NCBI GenBank assembly: GCA_963666285.1
Contig: OY762711.1
DNA length: 64,000 bases
From: Sedimentisphaerales bacterium
GTDB taxonomy: Bacteria; Planctomycetota; Phycisphaerae; Sedimentisphaerales; SM23-30
Reading direction: 5' to 3' (one strand)
The position numbers and the translations under genes are program-made. The notes under the pieces are model-generated. The model ran no database searches and had not been told where the DNA came from. It worked only from the letters and a program-made list of their open reading frames with translations. Positions 22,326 to 32,161 of the stretch are shown here, piece by piece. Numbering within the stretch: the stretch's first letter is position 1; each line of letters opens with the position of its first letter.

Positions 22326-22399
22326 TTTTACGCCTTTGGTAAGTCTTTTGCCTTTTGGCTAACACCTTGACTTTAATTCATTACATTTTCTAAACCTGA

Positions 22400-23473
22400 T
22401 CAATCATATTTTATTCTTGGATCTATCAGACCATAACTCAAATCTGCCAGCAGTGTGCCAAGCAGTACCAATGACGCCGTTATTGTCGTCAATGCCATTA
22501 CGGTTGTAAAATCCCTAATCATTATACTCTCAAACATCAAACGCCCCATGCCAGGCCAAGAAAATATCGTCTCCAGTATTACTGAACCGCCTACAATTGC
22601 CGGCAGTATCATACCCATCAAGGTCACTACTGGAATCAAAGTATTCCTGAATACATGTTTTATCGTTATATCAGCCTCGCTTACTCCTTTTGCCCTCGCC
22701 GTCCGAACATAATCCTGCCTTACAACTTCGAGCATGTTCTGGCGTACAAATCGTGAATAATACGCCCAAGCTCCATAACTGCTGCACAAACCTATCAATA
22801 CATAATGTTTTGCCAGGTCAAGAAATTGCCCCCACGCATTCATCTCATCAAAACCTTCTGACCGCATACCCTGAAACGGCAATAGCTTTAATTGAACCGC
22901 AAAAATCAATATCAACGGCAAGGCCATTACATAAGAAGGCACGGAATACAGTGCATACAATATAGTACTCGATATTTTATCAAAAGCACTATCCTGCTTC
23001 ATAGCCTGTAAAATGCCTATTGGAATAGCCAAAACTAAACTTGAACCTATAGCAAGTAGGGCCAGAGACATTGTAGCCCAAAACCGGGAACGCCAGAATT
23101 CGCCTGCACTCTTACCAAACATCTTTTCTGATACCGGCCTCCGGTCTGGCGCCATAGATGTTCCAAAATCGCCAAATAGCATGCCCTTAACACGATTTTC
23201 TTCATTTATTACTTCGCCTGCTTCATTATACTCCTTCGGATGACCTACCAGCCAGTACCAGTATCGCAATGGTATCGGTTTATCAAGCAGCAGTTCTTTA
23301 CGCAGCATCTGATATGCTTCCTGGCTCATATCACTGCTTATCTGACCTCCTGCCTGGGCTGCAATCATCGCCGGGTCACCAGGCGCAAGCGCCATTGTCA
23401 AAAATGTTATGACCGTTATACCGAACATTGTCGGTATTGCTAATAATAATCTTTTTAGAATATACTTTATCAT
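22400..23473 (-). CDS. oppB: Oligopeptide ABC transporter permease
   Basis: MIKYILKRLL..APGDP, DYVRTARAKG, ETIFSWPGMG, DPRI. ATG 23473 preferred over the upstream start at 23494. Confidence 0.92.
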   Translation of the reverse strand: MIKYILKRLLLAIPTMFGITVITFLTMALAPGDPAMIAAQAGGQISSDMSQEAYQMLRKELLLDKPIPLRYWYWLVGHPKEYNEAGEVINEENRVKGMLFGDFGTSMAPDRRPVSEKMFGKSAGEFWRSRFWATMSLALLAIGSSLVLAIPIGILQAMKQDSAFDKISSTILYALYSVPSYVMALPLILIFAVQLKLLPFQGMRSEGFDEMNAWGQFLDLAKHYVLIGLCSSYGAWAYYSRFVRQNMLEVVRQDYVRTARAKGVSEADITIKHVFRNTLIPVVTLMGMILPAIVGGSVILETIFSWPGMGRLMFESIMIRDFTTVMALTTITASLVLLGTLLADLSYGLIDPRIKYD

Positions 23474-23545
23474 TAGTTTTCTTTCACATTTCAATTTGAT
23501 ACTAACGCAGTGAGATTACGACTGCACCGTATCTATTAACTGCCG

Positions 23546-25447
23546 CTATTTATCTTTAACTGGCCGCATTTCCTCACCCTTCGGCACCCACAGGCTTCTG
23601 AAACCCGGCGCCGTGGTACTGCAAAAACCAAAACTGTTAAACAACATGCCACGCATACGTTTGTGTACTATTGAAACTGATAAGCGATTACTGGCAAATA
23701 AATATGGCTGGTCATCATAAATAATCTTATGTATCTTACGGTATATCTCTGCCCGTTTCTCATGATCAAATTCCAGCATCCCTTCTTCATACAATTTATC
23801 TACTTCAGGATTGGCATAACCTCCATAATTCCTGCCATTGTCATAATCGATTATTCGCCAGCAGCCTTTACCGCCATCTGGATCAGTACCCGAACCCCAC
23901 GCTGCCCCCCACGACTGCACATCATGCTTGAGAACTCTGTCCATAAAACTGGTCCACTCCATCAGCCTTACTTTCATATCTACCCCAATTTTTCGTAAAT
24001 CCGTCTGATATACAGTTGTAGAAGGCCTCGGCAGACCATTCGATGGTGTTGACAAATATGTATATTCAAACTTCCTTCGCTCTTTTTTCTCTTCTTTAAC
24101 CTTTTCGCCATCTTTACATTTGTATTCTGAATCATCAGCCAAAAATACTTTTCTAATCTTTGTTACCGGATCTCCCGTCAACTCATCAACTTCCTCATTT
24201 TCCACCAGTACGTACCGAACATCCTTGTAACGCCAACCATCACTTTCCAGCATCCATCCGGCCTCGTCCAGCATCTGGGCGGCCTTTTCCAGATCATAGT
24301 TAATTGGATCTACTTTATCATTAAACATCCATGACGTTGGATGATAGTTGCCATTGCATTTTGTTATCAGGTTATAGTACAGCTTGGTCTTTATCAGATC
24401 AAAATTATACGCATGAGCCAAAGCTCGTCTAACTTTTTTATCCAGGAAAAATGGATTCGAACCATCCATGTTCCATCCCTGATAGTCATATATCCACTCA
24501 GGCATCACGTACTTGCGGCCTATAGCGGCAAATTCTTCATCATTGGTCTCTCTCGCACACTGCTTTGCTAACAGCACATACATAGCATCAATATCTCCTG
24601 ACTTAAACGCCAGCAGCGCCATCGAAACATCTGGTACTATCTTATAAATAATTCTTTTCAGATATGGTTTTGGTCCGGGGTAATCTTCCCAACGCTCAAA
24701 TACAATCTTATCATTTTCTACCCACTCAATAATCTTATAAGGACCATTACCAACTGGGTTCACTGCAAGGTTCTGATAGTATTTGCCCTTCTTCAAATCT
24801 GGGTTAGCTTCCATATCTTTTTCAAATAAGTGCTTTGGTATCGGACATCCGGGATACGTCACCAGTTCCCGCCTGGTAGCCATAGGTTTATTTAGATAAT
24901 ACTTTACTGTAAGTTCATCTATTGCCTCTGCCTTATCAATATTAACTACCTCTGTCTTGAATGTATAACACGGTACCTTATCATTTTTTAGCATATCAAC
25001 TGTAAACACAAGGTCCGCAGAGGTCAGCGGATGACCATCCTGCCAGGTCAAACCTTCTTTCAGTTTTACCGTGATAATCTTGTGGTCCTCGGTCTCTTCC
25101 CAACTTTCCACCATATTAGGATTATGGTACATATTCAGCTTGGTATCTACCTCGAAAATACCATCATAAACAAGCGACATCAGAATATTATCGTAACCAG
25201 AAGAAACAAACAGCGGATTTGCTGTACTTGGCCCGCTCCTAAACGATATTATAAACGTTTCGTCCATCGCTATCTTACTTAGATCGTCCGGCGCCTGCTC
25301 AAACATCTCCGGAGTATTTACCAGCGGATCCTTATCCGGGTCATATTCACTATCATACTTCTCAGTACATCCGCCCAAAACGGCAAACAATGCCAATACC
25401 AAAACAAATAATGTTTTTCTAAATATTTCTTTTATCATACTAAACAC
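23546..25447 (-). CDS. oppA: Peptide ABC transporter substrate-binding lipoprotein (SBP family 5)
   Basis: Lipobox LGGC; WQDGHPLTSADLVFT, PVGNGPY, VRRALAHA, DDQPYLF. Confidence 0.9.
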   Translation of the reverse strand: MFSMIKEIFRKTLFVLVLALFAVLGGCTEKYDSEYDPDKDPLVNTPEMFEQAPDDLSKIAMDETFIISFRSGPSTANPLFVSSGYDNILMSLVYDGIFEVDTKLNMYHNPNMVESWEETEDHKIITVKLKEGLTWQDGHPLTSADLVFTVDMLKNDKVPCYTFKTEVVNIDKAEAIDELTVKYYLNKPMATRRELVTYPGCPIPKHLFEKDMEANPDLKKGKYYQNLAVNPVGNGPYKIIEWVENDKIVFERWEDYPGPKPYLKRIIYKIVPDVSMALLAFKSGDIDAMYVLLAKQCARETNDEEFAAIGRKYVMPEWIYDYQGWNMDGSNPFFLDKKVRRALAHAYNFDLIKTKLYYNLITKCNGNYHPTSWMFNDKVDPINYDLEKAAQMLDEAGWMLESDGWRYKDVRYVLVENEEVDELTGDPVTKIRKVFLADDSEYKCKDGEKVKEEKKERRKFEYTYLSTPSNGLPRPSTTVYQTDLRKIGVDMKVRLMEWTSFMDRVLKHDVQSWGAAWGSGTDPDGGKGCWRIIDYDNGRNYGGYANPEVDKLYEEGMLEFDHEKRAEIYRKIHKIIYDDQPYLFASNRLSVSIVHKRMRGMLFNSFGFCSTTAPGFRSLWVPKGEEMRPVKDK

Positions 25448-25509
25448 TTAATAAATAATATTGTTATATAAAATCGATAGCAAAAACTTATCTATATTTC
25501 ATGAATTGC

Positions 25510-26559
25510 TTACTTCCAATGCACCGCGCCTATATCAGCACTCGTCCCGTCATCCCACTTATGCTCGCGGATCTTCTCTCCTATCATTTCTGCCAGCTCC
25601 ATTGCCATTACGGCATCTTCCGCCGAAACCTCCGGTCTGGACTTCTCCTGAACTGACTTGACAAACGCTTCCTGCTCCAGCCTCAACGGCTCGGAATCAT
25701 CTATATCTAAATTCTCAACTTTTATCATATTCGTCCAGTCAGCACCATTCAGCTCAAGCTCTCCTTCGGAGTTCATATGCTTGCGTATCTCCTGCAGCAT
25801 ATCAATATTAGCCGTCTTACTGATCACGGTCCCGGTCTTCTTGAAATAATCCAGCGACAGATAAGCATCCTCGCTGAATACCCTTACCTTTCGTTCTGTC
25901 TTTAACGCCAGACGCGATGCTGTCATATTTGCCACACACCCGCTCTCAAACACTATTCGCACATTCGCGATATCTTCATGTTTGCCGATTACATTCACAC
26001 CCGCAGCCGAAATACTTTTTATTGGCGACTTCGCCATCGATAGGATAATATCAATATCATGGATCATCATATCCAGAACCACGCCAATATCTGTCGAACG
26101 GAAAGTAAACGGTGAAATTCGCTGTGACTCGATAAACCTGGGCTTGAAATTCAATCGTTTCATCGCCTGGGCTACCGGGTTGAACCGTTCCGAATAACCT
26201 ACCTGCAATACGCAATTATTAGTCTTCGACAACTCCAGCATCTCACGGGCAACTTCCAGGGAATCTGCCAGCGGCTTTTCTACCAAAACGGCAATTCCTC
26301 TTTCCAGAAACGGCTTCGCTATCGAATAATGATGTTCGGTGGGAACCGAGACCGTTATAGCGTCAATCTGATCCAGCAGCTCTGCCGGATCAGAAAAAGC
26401 TGATGTACCATATTCGGATGCGACCTCTTTTGCCTTTTCAAGGTTCGCATCAACCACACCAACCAGCTCTACCTGGTCCATCTGGCTGTATATCCGGCTA
26501 TGCAGTTTCCCCATTCTTCCTGCACCAACCACGGCTGTTTTCACTTTATTTACGGTCAT
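25510..26559 (-). CDS. Gfo/Idh/MocA oxidoreductase (GnnA/WlbA-like UDP-sugar 3-dehydrogenase)
   Basis: GAGRMG Rossmann motif, LVEKP, QVGYSERFNP, DIGVVLDMMIHDID. Confidence 0.85.
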   Translation of the reverse strand: MTVNKVKTAVVGAGRMGKLHSRIYSQMDQVELVGVVDANLEKAKEVASEYGTSAFSDPAELLDQIDAITVSVPTEHHYSIAKPFLERGIAVLVEKPLADSLEVAREMLELSKTNNCVLQVGYSERFNPVAQAMKRLNFKPRFIESQRISPFTFRSTDIGVVLDMMIHDIDIILSMAKSPIKSISAAGVNVIGKHEDIANVRIVFESGCVANMTASRLALKTERKVRVFSEDAYLSLDYFKKTGTVISKTANIDMLQEIRKHMNSEGELELNGADWTNMIKVENLDIDDSEPLRLEQEAFVKSVQEKSRPEVSAEDAVMAMELAEMIGEKIREHKWDDGTSADIGAVHWK

Positions 26560-26994
26560 AATATGACTTTTCCGTATATTCGGTATAAAATATTGACAAT
26601 AAATGCATTACATAATATTAAACTATATATTTCAATGGAAATTAGCCCTGTTGTCAAGACAACTTTTCTCCCGTGTAAAATAAATTTTACTATCAGACTA
26701 TTATTCAATTTTTCTGAATTATTCTTTAATTATTCTCTTACACATTAGCCACTGATAAAACTATTTAACATGTCTTCAAATTTTCATCTCAACTGCAATA
26801 TGTTCGTTATACGCTAGCCTCATACCTCTGCTTATTTCTTATTACTTCCCCCTATCCCATTAACAGTTAAAAATGCCCGCTCGAGCCCGGTATAAATGAT
26901 TACACTATCATTATTTACCTTTCTGGCGATCGGGCAAGCTCATACACTCCTCCTGCAATTACTCAAAATAATATCAATCTTTTATGAAAAATAT

Positions 26995-27023
26995 TTGACT
27001 AAAACCAAAACAAGAGATATAGT
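26995..27023 (+). promoter_or_regulatory. Near-consensus sigma70 promoter
   Basis: TTGACT-N17-TATAGT. Confidence 0.7.
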
Positions 27024-27029
27024 TTGATA

Positions 27030-27170
27030 GTTGGTTAACAGATAACTGATGAATGTTGCAATTGCAAATGACCGAAAACCTCAGAGTATCTACAACGAGG
27101 TAGGTCGGTGCGGTGGTTGATCGATTGTAGGATCGTCACGCTAAACATTTACCGCGTAATGCGGTTTTGT
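27030..27170 (+). promoter_or_regulatory. Attenuator/riboswitch-like leader or small RNA
   Basis: Hairpin accga/tcggt plus acctc/gaggt (27071-27109); terminator accgc-gtaat-gcggt-tttt (27151-27168) mutually exclusive with gcggtggttg/catttaccgc; 23-codon ORF at 27049-27120. Confidence 0.45.
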
Positions 27171-27356
27171 GTGTTGGACGCTTGAGTGTTTGAGTGTAAG
27201 TTATGTATTTCTTTACACTTAACTCCTCAACATCTCCCACACCAAACTCCTGCGCGAGTTAATGTTTATAAATAGATGATATAAGATACTGTATATCAGA
27301 TATTTAGATGCTTTCCTGCACACCTGCAAACTACGATCTTGTGAGTATAATGACAG

Positions 27357-27835
27357 AATATGTACGCCTGTTAAGCCGGCTTCTGATGGCAAGGCTGTCG
27401 GTAAATAAATCGCCTGACAATGGCAATTTACGCAGGATTGCATATTGAGACGAAACCCGCCGTGAAAGAGACTCACCATCATGGCATGTGTCCCGGCAAA
27501 ACACCAGGAAATATACAACGGGGTTCGTAGGCTGCTGATTTTGTCGGCAATCTTTGTAAAATGCTTCTTCAGGCCGGCATTATCGACCATATCCGGAACT
27601 TTCCGGGCATGAGAAAGCAGCAAACGCGGCACAAGGAACGCAACGGAATAGGTTATTGTCATTATTCCGATTGCAAGAAATGCTTTGTACTGCCAAAATA
27701 GATTGAGGAATTGCCAGACGCAGTGTACTCTGCTTTTGGCCGGTTACCCTCGGTTATTACCGGGAAACCGCACCATATATCTTGTTTCTGGCATAACAAA
27801 GCTCAATGCCCGGAGAAGCTCACGCTATTGCAGCA
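27357..27835 (+). ncRNA. Candidate large structured non-coding RNA or long structured leader (unknown family)
   Basis: Starts 6 nt after TATAAT (27346-27351). Five consecutive closed domains at 27357-27446, 27450-27528, 27531-27621, 27628-27694 and 27703-27806. G-U pairs favour the + strand. No credible protein ORF. Confidence 0.55.
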
Positions 27836-28101
27836 CGATTCAGTTTTCTGAAACCAGCTAAAACTTAAAACTGAAAACAAAACAAAGAAAGGAAACACAG
27901 TTACCCGCAAAAACCTGATATACATGAATAACAAAAATAATCTTGTCACCTCAATGGTTGTTTTATAAACTATTCAACAGTAAACAACATGAATAGGATT
28001 TCCATATGTGAACCTTTGCGCGCGAGGCGTTTATATATTCTCATAATTTACATCAATACATATTTGGAAATTGTCTATCTAATTTTATAGGAAAGGCAGC
28101 C

Positions 28102-31056
28102 ATGAGATCTAATATTCAATTATTTAAAGCTCTATCTATCGTACTGGTTTCTGCATCTCTATGTACACAGCTTTACGCCCGAACCTCTGAATCTTTCGAC
28201 AAAGGCTGGCTGTTCGCTCGTTTCGGCGACACCCCTGCCGGTAAAGTTGACGAACCTGCCAATCTTGAAACTCCAAACCTTGACGATTCCTCCTGGCGAA
28301 AACTCAACGTCCCGCACGACTGGGGTATTGAAACTGATTTCATCGAAAGTGAAGAAAACAGTACCGGCAAACTCATGTTCTACGGCATAGGTTGGTATCG
28401 CAAACACTTCTTCGTTCCTGAATCTGACAATGGCAAAAGCTTTTTCATCCAGTTTGACGGTGTTATGAGCCACCCTACTATCTACCTGAACGGCCAATTA
28501 GTCGGCCAATGGGAATATGGCTACAGCTCTTTTGGTTTCGACCTTTCACCCTACATCAAATTCGGCCGGGAAAACGTCATTGCCGTCAGAGTCGATAACC
28601 CGCCCAAGTCTTCTCGATGGTATCCAGGCGGCGGCATATACCGTCACACGTGGCTCACTAAATCCGACCCTGTCCATGTCAGCCATTGGGGAACTTACAT
28701 TACAACACCGATAATCAGTAAAGATAACGCTACTGTTAAAATTGAAACTTCTATCGATAACTTATACAACACCGATGTCATTGTTAACATCAGCCATGTG
28801 ATCAAGGAAAAGAACACCGGCAAAGTCATAGCCGGCTCTTCCAGCCTTGAGTGTGTTGTCCCTATGGGCACTGAAACTAAATCCTGCACTCAGGATATCA
28901 CAATTAGCAATCCAAATTTATGGGATATCCAAAACCCGAACCTCTATATCGCTGAAACCAGGATTGCCAAAGATGGCTTTATTGTTGATACTTACCAATC
29001 TACTTTCGGTATTCGTTCTATCGAATGGAATCCCGACAAAGGCTTTCTGCTCAACGGTGAAATTGTAAAACTCAACGGCGTTTGTCTTCATCACGATCTC
29101 GGACCGCTCGGTTCGGCCGTTCACGACCGGGCTATACAGCGTCAGATTGAGATCATGCAGGATATGGGCGTCAATAGTATCCGTACCAGCCATAATCCGC
29201 CTGCCCCGGAACTTATCAAATACTGCGATGAGATGGGCATAGTCGTCCTCGACGAAATGTTTGACTGCTGGGAACGCGGCAAAACCGATAATGATTACCA
29301 CAAGTGGTTCAAAGACTGGTATGAAAAAGATATTACAAACCTTATCAAAAGAGATAGAAACCATCCTTGTGTTATCGCATGGAGCAGTGGTAATGAAATA
29401 CTGGAACAATGGAAAGGCAACCATGTCTCACAGATGCTTACCGACCTTTACCATAAACTGGAACCTACCAGGCTGGTTACCGCCGGATGCAATAGCACCT
29501 CCAGCTATAAAACTGGTTTTAATGAAACCTTCGACGTCTACGGCTTCAACTACAAGCCTCACCTGTACGCCGAATTTAAACAAATGCACCCCAACCAGCC
29601 GGTATACAGTAGCGAGTCTGCGTCCTGTATCAGCTCTCGCGGTGAATATTACTTCCCTGTCAGCGATGTTAAAAGCGAAGGGTTCTTTAATTTCCAGGTC
29701 AGCTCTTACGATCTCTATGCTCCCGGATGGGCAATGAAACCTGATATCGAATTCTACGGCCAGGATAAATATCCTTTCGTTGCGGGCGAATATGTTTGGA
29801 CCGGATTTGATTATATCGGCGAACCTACCCCGTATAACAATGACAAGACTCTGCTTATCAATTACCATACAGAAGAAGAACGTAAAGCCATTGAAGAAAA
29901 ACTAGCTAATATCAAAGGCAGCCCTTCTCGAAGTTCTTATTTCGGCATCGTAGACCTGTGCGGATTCAAAAAGGATAGATTCTATCTGTATCAGGCACGC
30001 TGGAGACCGCAGCTGCCTATGGCACATATTCTCCCTCACTGGAACTGGCCCGGCCGTGAAGGTGAAATTACACCTGTTCACGTATATACTTCAGGCGATG
30101 AAGCTGAACTGTTCCTGAATGGAAAATCTCTCGGCAAAAAGAAAAAAGCAATCATTGGTCAGGCTGAATCAAAAGAGATCATGCCAATCTCACTTTCCTC
30201 AAAGAAAACTGCCTCTGCTTCCTCTGTTCAGGAAGGCAACCTGGTAGCAAATGGCAACGACAACAATATGAAAACTCGATGGTGTGCAAGCAGTGAAAAC
30301 AAAAATGAAGCATGGACGACCGATCTCGGCAGTATCCAGCCCGTCAAAAGCTGTGTTATATACTGGGAAAAGCAGGCAGGCAACTACTCATATACCGTTG
30401 AAGTTTCTAATAACGAATCCGACTGGTCTGTAGTAGCAGAATCGAAATTCAAAGGCAAAAACAACTGCTCCATCCATACTTTCGATACAAATGCTCGCTA
30501 CCTGAAAGTCAATATCAATGACCTTAACGATAGCACCTGGGCCAGCTTCTACGAATGCCAGGTGTTCAATACCGATAAACCGGATATATACAAGGTTACC
30601 AGCCCCGAATACTATCGCCTGCGATGGGACGATGTCAAATACCAGCCCGGCACACTAAAAGCTGTTGCCTATAAGGATGGTAAAGTATGGGCAACTGACA
30701 CTGTCAGCACTACCGGCGAAGCTGATGCTGTCAAACTCTCACCAGACGCAACCACCATCAAAGCCGACGGTTCTGACCTCTGCTACATAACTGCTGAGAT
30801 CATCGATTCAAACGGCGAAATGGTGCCGCGCACAAACAATTTCGTCCAATTTGAAATCTCTGGTCCTGGCGAAATAATCGCTACCGGTAATGGGGACGCT
30901 ACCAACCCTGATTGCTTCAAAAACACTGGACGCAATGCCTACAACGGCATGGTACTGGCTATTGTCAGATCGATTGAAGGACAAAAAGGAACGATCACCG
31001 TTACCGCCAAATCTGAAGGGTTAAAAACTGATACTGTCTCTTTCAAGGCAAAATAG
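28102..31056 (+). CDS. Secreted GH2 beta-galactosidase-like glycosidase with inserted F5/8 type C (CBM32-like) domain
   Basis: Signal peptide; VPHDW, SRWYPGGGIYR, IRTSHNPP, WSSGNE, SSES, VWTGFDYIGEPTP; ASASS...NDNNMKTRW discoidin unit. SD GGAAAGG. Confidence 0.92.
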   Translation: MRSNIQLFKALSIVLVSASLCTQLYARTSESFDKGWLFARFGDTPAGKVDEPANLETPNLDDSSWRKLNVPHDWGIETDFIESEENSTGKLMFYGIGWYRKHFFVPESDNGKSFFIQFDGVMSHPTIYLNGQLVGQWEYGYSSFGFDLSPYIKFGRENVIAVRVDNPPKSSRWYPGGGIYRHTWLTKSDPVHVSHWGTYITTPIISKDNATVKIETSIDNLYNTDVIVNISHVIKEKNTGKVIAGSSSLECVVPMGTETKSCTQDITISNPNLWDIQNPNLYIAETRIAKDGFIVDTYQSTFGIRSIEWNPDKGFLLNGEIVKLNGVCLHHDLGPLGSAVHDRAIQRQIEIMQDMGVNSIRTSHNPPAPELIKYCDEMGIVVLDEMFDCWERGKTDNDYHKWFKDWYEKDITNLIKRDRNHPCVIAWSSGNEILEQWKGNHVSQMLTDLYHKLEPTRLVTAGCNSTSSYKTGFNETFDVYGFNYKPHLYAEFKQMHPNQPVYSSESASCISSRGEYYFPVSDVKSEGFFNFQVSSYDLYAPGWAMKPDIEFYGQDKYPFVAGEYVWTGFDYIGEPTPYNNDKTLLINYHTEEERKAIEEKLANIKGSPSRSSYFGIVDLCGFKKDRFYLYQARWRPQLPMAHILPHWNWPGREGEITPVHVYTSGDEAELFLNGKSLGKKKKAIIGQAESKEIMPISLSSKKTASASSVQEGNLVANGNDNNMKTRWCASSENKNEAWTTDLGSIQPVKSCVIYWEKQAGNYSYTVEVSNNESDWSVVAESKFKGKNNCSIHTFDTNARYLKVNINDLNDSTWASFYECQVFNTDKPDIYKVTSPEYYRLRWDDVKYQPGTLKAVAYKDGKVWATDTVSTTGEADAVKLSPDATTIKADGSDLCYITAEIIDSNGEMVPRTNNFVQFEISGPGEIIATGNGDATNPDCFKNTGRNAYNGMVLAIVRSIEGQKGTITVTAKSEGLKTDTVSFKAK

Positions 31057-31080
31057 CAGTAATTCAAAGCTAGAATAAAT

Positions 31081-31113
31081 GGGCGTATTGCTTCAATGTA
31101 ATCGCCCTTTTTT
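31081..31113 (+). terminator. Intrinsic terminator after GH2 gene
   Basis: gggcg-attgc/gtaat-cgccc hairpin followed by T6. Confidence 0.7.
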
Positions 31114-31484
31114 ATAATTTGGGAGGTCGCCTGAAACGTACTTTCCACACAACTGCCAAATTGTTAATATTAGCTTGCCGCTTAGCGGCAATCCTTCCCT
31201 AATACCAAATAACAGGGTTATGCAGTATATAACTCTGATTTTTTATTTTAAACTCACCGCTTATTATTTGACTTCTTACATAAAACGTTACTATATAATA
31301 AATTAAATATTCATTTTGTTTTTTAACCTAAACCCCCACACCCTATATTGCCCATATTAACACTTATTTGATTTGATAAAAATATAGCGATTTTTTTACC
31401 TACATATCTCGTTTTATTACACTTACTTACATCACACCAATCAATCTAAACCGCCAGTATCGATAAAAAAATATCAGATAATCC

Positions 31485-31513
31485 TTGCTTTTTTATCGAA
31501 CTCGAGTTACATT
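31485..31513 (+). promoter_or_regulatory. Putative hydrogenase operon promoter overlapped by an inverted repeat
   Basis: TTGCTT-N17-TACATT; tcgataaaaaa (31460-31470) and ttttttatcga (31489-31499) flank the -35 box. Confidence 0.4.
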
Positions 31514-31642
31514 ATTATTATAGATATTCGATACTTGATCGTTCAGCGCATTATCATCTTGCTATAACTTTCTGTTTTTTGCGCTTTGGTATAAAAAGTT
31601 TTTGGGCTTTCTTAACATTCTATTTAGAGAAAGGTTTAAGCT

Positions 31643-32143
31643 ATGTTTGTTACTGAACAGCAAAACCTGATAAATGAGATAAGCCAGCTGGTGAAATCTC
31701 ATGGGACCAATCGCAGTGCACTTATTCCTATCCTGTCACAAATCCAGAAAGAGTATTCTTACATATCAGAACACGCCATGTTGGTAGTCGCTGATATGCT
31801 TGAAATTCCACCTGTAGAAGTATACGGTGTCGCTTCTTTCTACAGCTTCCTGGACCAGAAACCAAAAGGCAAATTCATCATCAGGCTATGCAAAACTATT
31901 TCTTGCGATATGCTTGGCAAAGATAAAGTTGCCGGCCAGCTGGAAAACGAACTGGGTATTAAATTTGGCGAAACCACTAAGGATGGCAAATTCACTCTCG
32001 AATGGGCGAACTGCCTCGGCATGTGTGACAAAGGCCCGGCCTTACTCGTCAATGATCAAGTGTTTACTTCTGTTACTCCCGAAAAGGTCTTTGACATTGT
32101 TGAAGGGTGCAGAAGTATGTTAAACTCTAACGTCTTACAATAA
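31643..32143 (+). CDS. hydC: [FeFe]-hydrogenase NuoE-like 2Fe-2S subunit
   Basis: VYGVASFYS, CKTISC, CLGMCDKGP. Confidence 0.9.
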   Translation: MFVTEQQNLINEISQLVKSHGTNRSALIPILSQIQKEYSYISEHAMLVVADMLEIPPVEVYGVASFYSFLDQKPKGKFIIRLCKTISCDMLGKDKVAGQLENELGIKFGETTKDGKFTLEWANCLGMCDKGPALLVNDQVFTSVTPEKVFDIVEGCRSMLNSNVLQ

Positions 32144-32161
32144 GAGAGCAGGAGCAATATC

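Noticed and set aside
27046..27105. Hammerhead-ribozyme-like CTGATGA...GAAA...GTA
   Set aside because: Stem II does not close next to the core, there is an extra A before stem III, and stem I cannot pair.
27109..27144. CGG-UGA read as a CxxU selenopeptide with a SECIS hairpin
   Set aside because: The hairpin loop is only about 5 nt from the UGA, too close for a bacterial SECIS, and read-through would add only a few residues.
27219..27662. 147-aa minus-strand ORF
   Set aside because: No recognisable motif or SD; it lies antisense to the structured region and is probably spurious.
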